DNA of 32,000 nucleotides from NCBI RefSeq assembly GCF_025567415.1, contig NZ_JAOQJV010000004.1:41903-73902 (forward strand). Reading direction: 5' to 3'. This stretch comes from Dorea ammoniilytica (GTDB lineage: Bacteria > Bacillota > Clostridia > Lachnospirales > Lachnospiraceae). The notes below the pieces were generated by a model. That model saw nothing but the letters and a program-made list of their open reading frames with translations. It was not told where the DNA came from and searched no databases. The position numbers were made by a program, and so were the translations under genes. Shown piece by piece: positions 26,742 to 32,000 of this stretch (within the stretch, counting starts at the first letter, position 1; every line of letters starts with the position of its first letter).

Positions 26742-29342
26742 ATGAATTATGGAAGACGAAAAGCTTCAAAAAGGCAAAAAGAAATCACCTCCAAAGGTAC
26801 CATGCAGGGAAAACGCATGGGAGTGCGATTATTCAAGGCCTTTTTGCTTTTGATACTTGTCGCCTGTGTAAGTGTGGGAGTAGGCGGCCTCATCTTTGTA
26901 AAAAAGATCATCAACGACTCGCCCGATATTTCTCCGGATGATGTACGTCCAAGTGGCTATACTACTTTTGTGTATGCAGATGACGGAACCACAGAGCTGG
27001 AACGTTTCGTTGCATCAGGATCCAACCGTATCTACAAATCGATTGATGAGATACCAACTGATCTGCAGCATGCATTTGTCGCAATTGAGGACGAACGTTT
27101 CTATGATCATAAGGGAATTGACCCACAGGGTATCCTGCGTGCCTTCGTTGTAGGTGTCGCACACGGTGGTAACTTCAGTGAGGGTGCCAGTACTCTTACC
27201 CAACAGCTGATCAAGAACAACGTATTCCCGAACTTCGTATCTGAAAATACATTTTCCGAAAAACTGGAACGTAAGATCCAGGAGCAGTACCTTGCCCTGA
27301 AGATTGAAAAGCAGATGTCCAAAGATGAGATCCTGGAGTGTTATATGAACACGATTAACCTTGGGCAGAACACACTGGGTGTTCAGGCTGCTTCCAAACG
27401 CTATTTTAATAAGGATGTATCCGAACTTACGCTTTCGGAATCGGCAGTAATCGCAGGTATTACTCAGAATCCATCCGGTTATGATCCAGTCACTCAGCCG
27501 GAAGCCAATGCAAAGAGACGAAAAAAGGTTCTGGGCAATATGCTTAAGCAGGGATATATTGATCAGGCTGCCTACGATGAAGCAATGGCAGATGATGTAT
27601 ATGCCAGAATCCAGACTGTTAACAGTGAGATTGGACAGGATTCTCCAAACAGCTACTTTGTAGATGCATTGTCTGAACAGGTAGTAAGTGATCTGATGGA
27701 TCGTCTCGGCTACTCTGAGACACAGGCATACAATGCACTGTACAGCGGTGGACTCAGCATTTACTCTACTCAGAATGTAGAGATGCAGAAAATCTGCGAT
27801 GAAGAAATGAACAATTCAGAAAACTATCCATGGCTGACAGAAGTTGGTATTGCCTACGCACTGACAGTAACCCGTGCAGATGGAACAGTTGAAAATTACG
27901 GCTCCAACGACCTGCGTAACTATGCGAAGAATGTCAAAGGTGACAAGCAGGGACTGCTCTATTCTTCTGAGGATGAAGCAAGAGCCTTTGTAGAGGAATG
28001 GAAATCCACCATTGCACAGGAAGGTGACACTTACGTAGAGAACCTTACTCTTACTCCACAGCCTCAGGCATCTGTCACACTGATGGATCAATCCAACGGA
28101 CAGATCAAAGCAATGGTCGGCGGACGTGGCACCAAAACATCCAGTCTGAGCCTGAACCGTGCATACAAGGGTTCCCCTAGACAGCCGGGATCATGTTTCA
28201 AGATTCTTTCCACTTACGCGCCTGCGCTGGATGCATGTGGTCAGACACTGGCAACCATCATCCGCGATGAACCATGGCATTATTCCAATGGGGCTTCTCT
28301 GAAGAATGCATCCGGAAGTTATCTTGGTGACATTACCATGAGAAAAGCCATTGAACAGTCACAGAATGTATGCGCTGTTAAGACAATTGACGAAGTAACA
28401 CCTGCACTGGGATATCAGTATGCTAAGAACTTCGGAATCACCACCCTGGAGGATTCTGACAAAGTAGAATCCATCGCACTTGGTGGTCTGACTAACGGTG
28501 TATATAACTATCAGCTCTGCGGAGCATTTGCAACGATTGCTAACGGCGGCGTATACAACACGCCAACTCTTTATACCAAGATCCTTGACCATGACGGTAA
28601 TGTTCTTCTGGAAGGTAATAAAGAGACTAAGACAGTAATTAAAGATTCCACTGCTGCACTGCTCACCAGTGCCATGGAAGACGTTGTTACCAGCGGTACC
28701 GGACGCAATGCGCAGCTTGACAACATGCCGGTAGCCGGTAAGACCGGTACCACTGACCACGATCAGGACCTCTGGTTCTGTGCTTTCACTCCATATTACA
28801 CCTGTGCAGTATGGGGCGGATATGACGAGAACAAGTCACTGACAGGTATCGATACCCAGTATCGTTTCCGAATCTGGAAAAGCATTATGAGCAGAGTTCA
28901 TGCAAATCTGGAAGAAAAAGATTTTACCATGCCTTCCAGTGTAGAAAAGAAATCTGTATGCTCGATCACCGGATGTCTGGCAAGACCATCCTGCCCTACA
29001 GTAACGGAATATTTTGCAAAAGGTTCTGTACCTGATGAGACCTGTCCGGGACACGGTGATTATTATGAAGAAAGTGACTCTACAGACGAAGAATCAACCA
29101 ATAGCAGTGAAAATGGTTCTGGAAGCACCGGTAACACTGATAACAGTGGCAACACTGGTGGTAACACCGGTGGCAATTCTGGCGGTAACACCGGCGGTAA
29201 TTCTGGTGGCAACACTGGCGGCAATTCCGGTGGTAATACTGGTGGCGGTGAAAACGGAGGTGGAGAGACACCAACTCCGGAGCAGCCCTCTGCAAGATTG
29301 CTCTTACCGAATCTGAGAGGTATCTACAAATTTAAAAGTTAA
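26742..29342 (+). CDS. class A penicillin-binding protein (glycosyltransferase + transpeptidase, PBP1A type) with a low-complexity C-terminal tail
   Basis: N-terminal TM segment. GT51 motifs (AIEDERFYDHKGID, GASTLTQQL) and transpeptidase motifs (SCFK, KTGTT). AAAGGAGG RBS. Confidence 0.9.
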   Translation: MNYGRRKASKRQKEITSKGTMQGKRMGVRLFKAFLLLILVACVSVGVGGLIFVKKIINDSPDISPDDVRPSGYTTFVYADDGTTELERFVASGSNRIYKSIDEIPTDLQHAFVAIEDERFYDHKGIDPQGILRAFVVGVAHGGNFSEGASTLTQQLIKNNVFPNFVSENTFSEKLERKIQEQYLALKIEKQMSKDEILECYMNTINLGQNTLGVQAASKRYFNKDVSELTLSESAVIAGITQNPSGYDPVTQPEANAKRRKKVLGNMLKQGYIDQAAYDEAMADDVYARIQTVNSEIGQDSPNSYFVDALSEQVVSDLMDRLGYSETQAYNALYSGGLSIYSTQNVEMQKICDEEMNNSENYPWLTEVGIAYALTVTRADGTVENYGSNDLRNYAKNVKGDKQGLLYSSEDEARAFVEEWKSTIAQEGDTYVENLTLTPQPQASVTLMDQSNGQIKAMVGGRGTKTSSLSLNRAYKGSPRQPGSCFKILSTYAPALDACGQTLATIIRDEPWHYSNGASLKNASGSYLGDITMRKAIEQSQNVCAVKTIDEVTPALGYQYAKNFGITTLEDSDKVESIALGGLTNGVYNYQLCGAFATIANGGVYNTPTLYTKILDHDGNVLLEGNKETKTVIKDSTAALLTSAMEDVVTSGTGRNAQLDNMPVAGKTGTTDHDQDLWFCAFTPYYTCAVWGGYDENKSLTGIDTQYRFRIWKSIMSRVHANLEEKDFTMPSSVEKKSVCSITGCLARPSCPTVTEYFAKGSVPDETCPGHGDYYEESDSTDEESTNSSENGSGSTGNTDNSGNTGGNTGGNSGGNTGGNSGGNTGGNSGGNTGGGENGGGETPTPEQPSARLLLPNLRGIYKFKS
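29140..29250 (+). repeat. 24-bp-period coding repeat (GNTGGNSG)n in the PBP1A tail
   Basis: GGTAACACCGGTGGCAATTCTGGC-like units are repeated about 4 times with synonymous differences between copies. Confidence 0.8.
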
Positions 29343-29345
29343 CTC

Positions 29346-29382
29346 AAAAGGAGTGAAGTTCAATTGGAACTTCACTCCTTTT
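29346..29382. terminator. bidirectional terminator between convergent PBP1A and glcK
   Basis: Perfect 16-bp stem AAAAGGAGTGAAGTTC / GAACTTCACTCCTTTT with the 5-nt loop AATTG. Confidence 0.85.
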
Positions 29383-29395
29383 ATGTATCGTGTAT

Positions 29396-30328
29396 TTAAT
29401 TCAAAATCAACCTTGCAGCTCCACAGATACCTGCATCATTGCCAAGTTCAGCTAATACAATCTTCGTATCTTTATTCGCAAAGAATGCTCTCTTCTGGAA
29501 TTCCTTTTCCACAAACGGAATCAATACCGGACCTGCTTTTGACACACCGCCACCGATTACAAACACTGCCGGATCCACCACTACAGCAAGACTCGCCAAT
29601 GCCGCTCCAAGATATCGTCCGAATTCATCCGCAATGCGAGTTGCAAGTGCATCTCCCGCTTTTACTGCATCAAACACATCTTTGGCACTTGGTTCTCCAT
29701 GAAGCACAGTCTCTTCATGTTCCCCACTCAAGGCCTTTCTTGCCAGCTTTGCAATTCCAGTTGCAGATGCGTACTGTTCCAGACATCCATGCAGTCCACA
29801 TCCACAGGCATCCTCTTCCTCACGGTTCACACAGATATGTCCGATCTCGCCGCCCGCGCCATGTTGCCCGACAATCATATGACCATTCACGATCACACCA
29901 CCGCCAACACCTGTGCCAAGGGTTACCATGACAACATTTTTTTCGCCTCTTCCGGCCCCCAGCCACATCTCGCCCATAGCAGCTACATTGGCGTCATTCC
30001 CGGCTTCTACCCGCATACCGTCAAGCAGTTCGCTGAGTTCTCTTGTAACTTCCTTATATCCCCAGCCGACATTCGCTGTCTGCTGTACAACACCTTCTGA
30101 ATCAACCGGTGCAGGGATTCCCATTCCTACTCCGGCCACATCTTTTCTCCGGATCTTCCTCTCCTCTAATTTCTCCAGAATCGATGCTGCCACATCCGGA
30201 AGAATCTGTTCCCCATGATTCTCCTTCCTGGTCGGAATTTCCCACTTGTCCAGCAGTTTGCCCTCTGTCTCGAAGAGACCAAGCTTCACACTGGTACCCC
30301 CGACATCCACACCCATGCAATATCTCAT
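29396..30328 (-). CDS. glcK: ROK-family glucokinase
   Basis: MGVDVGGTSVKLG ATP motif and the ROK Cys/His cluster (GHICVN..CGCGLHGCLE). 310 aa. It starts 4 nt downstream of hprK. Confidence 0.85.
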   Translation of the reverse strand: MRYCMGVDVGGTSVKLGLFETEGKLLDKWEIPTRKENHGEQILPDVAASILEKLEERKIRRKDVAGVGMGIPAPVDSEGVVQQTANVGWGYKEVTRELSELLDGMRVEAGNDANVAAMGEMWLGAGRGEKNVVMVTLGTGVGGGVIVNGHMIVGQHGAGGEIGHICVNREEEDACGCGLHGCLEQYASATGIAKLARKALSGEHEETVLHGEPSAKDVFDAVKAGDALATRIADEFGRYLGAALASLAVVVDPAVFVIGGGVSKAGPVLIPFVEKEFQKRAFFANKDTKIVLAELGNDAGICGAARLILN

Positions 30329-30332
30329 CCTT

Positions 30333-31262
30333 TTATTTTCCTTTCTTAGTCATACTTTCCTCTACACGCTTGTACAGCTCCTGAGCAGCATTATAACCCA
30401 TCTGCTTCTGTCTGTGGTTAATTGCAGCGGTCTCTACGATAATCGCCAGATTACGTCCCGGACGGATCGGAAGCTGATGACATACGACTTTATTGCCAAG
30501 GAACTCTGTGTACTCCTCTTCCAGTCCCAGGCGTTCGTATGCTTTTTCACGGTTCCAGTCTTCCAGACGGATTACGAGATCAATATTCTGTGTCTCGCGT
30601 ACACTTAAGACACCAAACAATGTCTTAACATCTACAATACCGATACCCCGCAGCTCAATGAAATGCCTTGTGATATCCGGTGCTGTACCCACCAGAGTAT
30701 CATCGCTGACTCTGCGGATTTCTACCACATCATCACTGACCAGACGATGGCCTCGCTTGATCAGCTCCAGAGCTGCCTCACTTTTACCAATACCACTTTC
30801 TCCTGTAATCAGCACACCGACACCATATACATCCACTAACACACCATGAATGGAAATACACGGTGCAAGCTGTACATTCAGCCAGCGTATTACTTCTGCC
30901 ATGAATGCGGAGGTTACCTTTTCTGTAATAAATACCGGAATATCAGCTTTTTCTGCTTTCTCCACCAGTATCTTATCCGGTCTCATATTTCTGCAGAAGA
31001 TCAGACACGGAATGCGACATGCAAGAAGCTGGTCATAGATCCGCTCCTTTTCTTCCGGATCCATCCGTTCCAGAAATGTATACTCTACATATCCGATGAT
31101 CTGGATACGCTGATTGTCAAAATGATCAAAATAACCGGTCAGCTGTAATGCCGGACGGTTCACTTCTGGTTCTTCCAGATAAATACCTGACAGATCCACA
31201 TCCGGTGTTAGATTCTTAAGATCCATCTTCTCCACAAGCTTAGACATTTCTATTCTGGGCAT
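30333..31262 (-). CDS. hprK: HPr kinase/phosphorylase
   Basis: Walker A GESGIGKSE and the HprK signature ..IRGIGIVDV... 309 aa. AGGAGG RBS. Confidence 0.95.
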   Translation of the reverse strand: MPRIEMSKLVEKMDLKNLTPDVDLSGIYLEEPEVNRPALQLTGYFDHFDNQRIQIIGYVEYTFLERMDPEEKERIYDQLLACRIPCLIFCRNMRPDKILVEKAEKADIPVFITEKVTSAFMAEVIRWLNVQLAPCISIHGVLVDVYGVGVLITGESGIGKSEAALELIKRGHRLVSDDVVEIRRVSDDTLVGTAPDITRHFIELRGIGIVDVKTLFGVLSVRETQNIDLVIRLEDWNREKAYERLGLEEEYTEFLGNKVVCHQLPIRPGRNLAIIVETAAINHRQKQMGYNAAQELYKRVEESMTKKGK

Positions 31263-31361
31263 AATTATTTCCTCCTGTATCTTTTGATGTTCGTTCCATA
31301 ATAGAATGGCACAAAAAGATTTGCGCTCGTTAATGTTTATTATATCATACTTCCCTCCGTC

Positions 31362-32000
31362 TTACACCTTGGGATGGAAAAAATTGTAGACAGATTCGGC
31401 CGCTGCTTCGTTCATAGACGGCAGTTCTTTCAGCGTCTCCACATCTGCATTACGGATGGCTTCCAGTCCCGGAAATCTCCGCATCAGATCCTTTCTTCTG
31501 GCAGGTCCGATGCCTGGTATATCATCCAGTACAGAATGCACCTGTCCCTGTCCTCTAAGCTTCCTGTGATACTCAATTGCAAAGCGATGTGCTTCATCCT
31601 GAATCCTTGTGATCAACTTAAACCCTTCCGAATTACGGTCGATCGGAATCTCCACATTATTATAATACAGTCCTCGCGTTCTGTGATTATCGTCCTTTAC
31701 CATACCGCATACCGGAATATGGATCCGTAATTTATCTAATACTTCCAATGCAATATTTACCTGACCGCGTCCGCCGTCCATCAGGATCAGATCTGGAAAT
31801 GCAGTAAAGCTGTTCTCCATGCTTCCTTCTTCACGTTCCCTTCTGCCATGTTCAAACCGGCGTGTCAGCACCTCTTCCATGCTGGCATAATCATCCGGTC
31901 CCTGCACGCTCTTAATCCGGAACTTACGATAGTCACTGCGCTTCGGCCGTCCTTTCTCATACACAACCATAGATCCTACCGATGCATAGCCGCTGATATT
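31362..32000 (-). CDS. uvrC: excinuclease ABC subunit C, C-terminal part (5' end outside the window)
   Basis: The frame stays open to the window edge (..[44 protein letters not shown]..). The endonuclease domain and a C-terminal (HhH)2 region are recognisable. Confidence 0.9.
   Translation of the reverse strand, partial: NISGYASVGSMVVYEKGRPKRSDYRKFRIKSVQGPDDYASMEEVLTRRFEHGRREREEGSMENSFTAFPDLILMDGGRGQVNIALEVLDKLRIHIPVCGMVKDDNHRTRGLYYNNVEIPIDRNSEGFKLITRIQDEAHRFAIEYHRKLRGQGQVHSVLDDIPGIGPARRKDLMRRFPGLEAIRNADVETLKELPSMNEAAAESVYNFFHPKV

Noticed and set aside
31307-31324. TGGCAC ... TTGC on the plus strand upstream of hprK, considered as a fourth sigma-54 promoter
   Set aside because: The spacing is wrong (8 nt between the hexamer and TTGC instead of 5). 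There is no AACACAC heptamer. It also points toward the 3' end of the oppositely oriented uvrC gene, with no plus-strand gene to drive.
1-32000. Search for defence systems, toxin-antitoxin pairs, prophage or transposon remnants, and tRNA/rRNA genes
   Set aside because: No integrase, transposase, recombinase, nuclease-helicase, methyltransferase or Cas-like ORFs are present. There are no terminal inverted repeats and no tRNA-like cloverleaf candidates in the short intergenic regions. Every ORF over 100 aa outside antisense frames has a housekeeping or sugar-metabolism assignment.

Overview
This looks like a Firmicutes/Clostridia-type chromosomal segment, judged by secA-prfB linkage, hprK, a long-form HPF, a LevR-type regulator and split transketolase. 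It is densely coding, and almost everything from 1 to 22.7 kb is on the minus strand.

The most system-like part is a sigma-54 module at 1-11.4 kb:
- A mannose-family PTS operon encodes two IIA/IIB pairs, then IIC, IID and a class II aldolase. It is driven by a textbook -24/-12 promoter.
- A LevR-type PRD-containing enhancer-binding protein follows, bracketed by its own sigma-70-like promoter and a strong terminator.
- A split-transketolase/Zn-ADH operon has a second -24/-12 promoter.
- Back-to-back with that promoter, a third -24/-12 promoter sits directly in front of rpoN (sigma-54) itself.
- All three promoters share the extended pattern AACACAC-N5-TGGCAY-N5-TTGC.

The rest is housekeeping:
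- lysC, an ApgM-like 'proposed homoserine kinase', hom, prfB (with its +1 frameshift) and secA are packed tightly together.
- Then come a eukaryotic-type HisA, a small acidic repeat lipoprotein, dapB-dapA and a tandem-OB SSB-like protein.
- On the plus strand are typA, a PsiE-like membrane protein, hpf and PBP1A.
- The remaining minus-strand genes are yigZ, glcK, hprK and the 3' part of uvrC.

I found no rRNA, tRNA, CRISPR array, transposase, integrase or recognisable defence genes. The novelty claims here concern regulatory wiring and a few atypical proteins, not a new multi-gene defence-type system.
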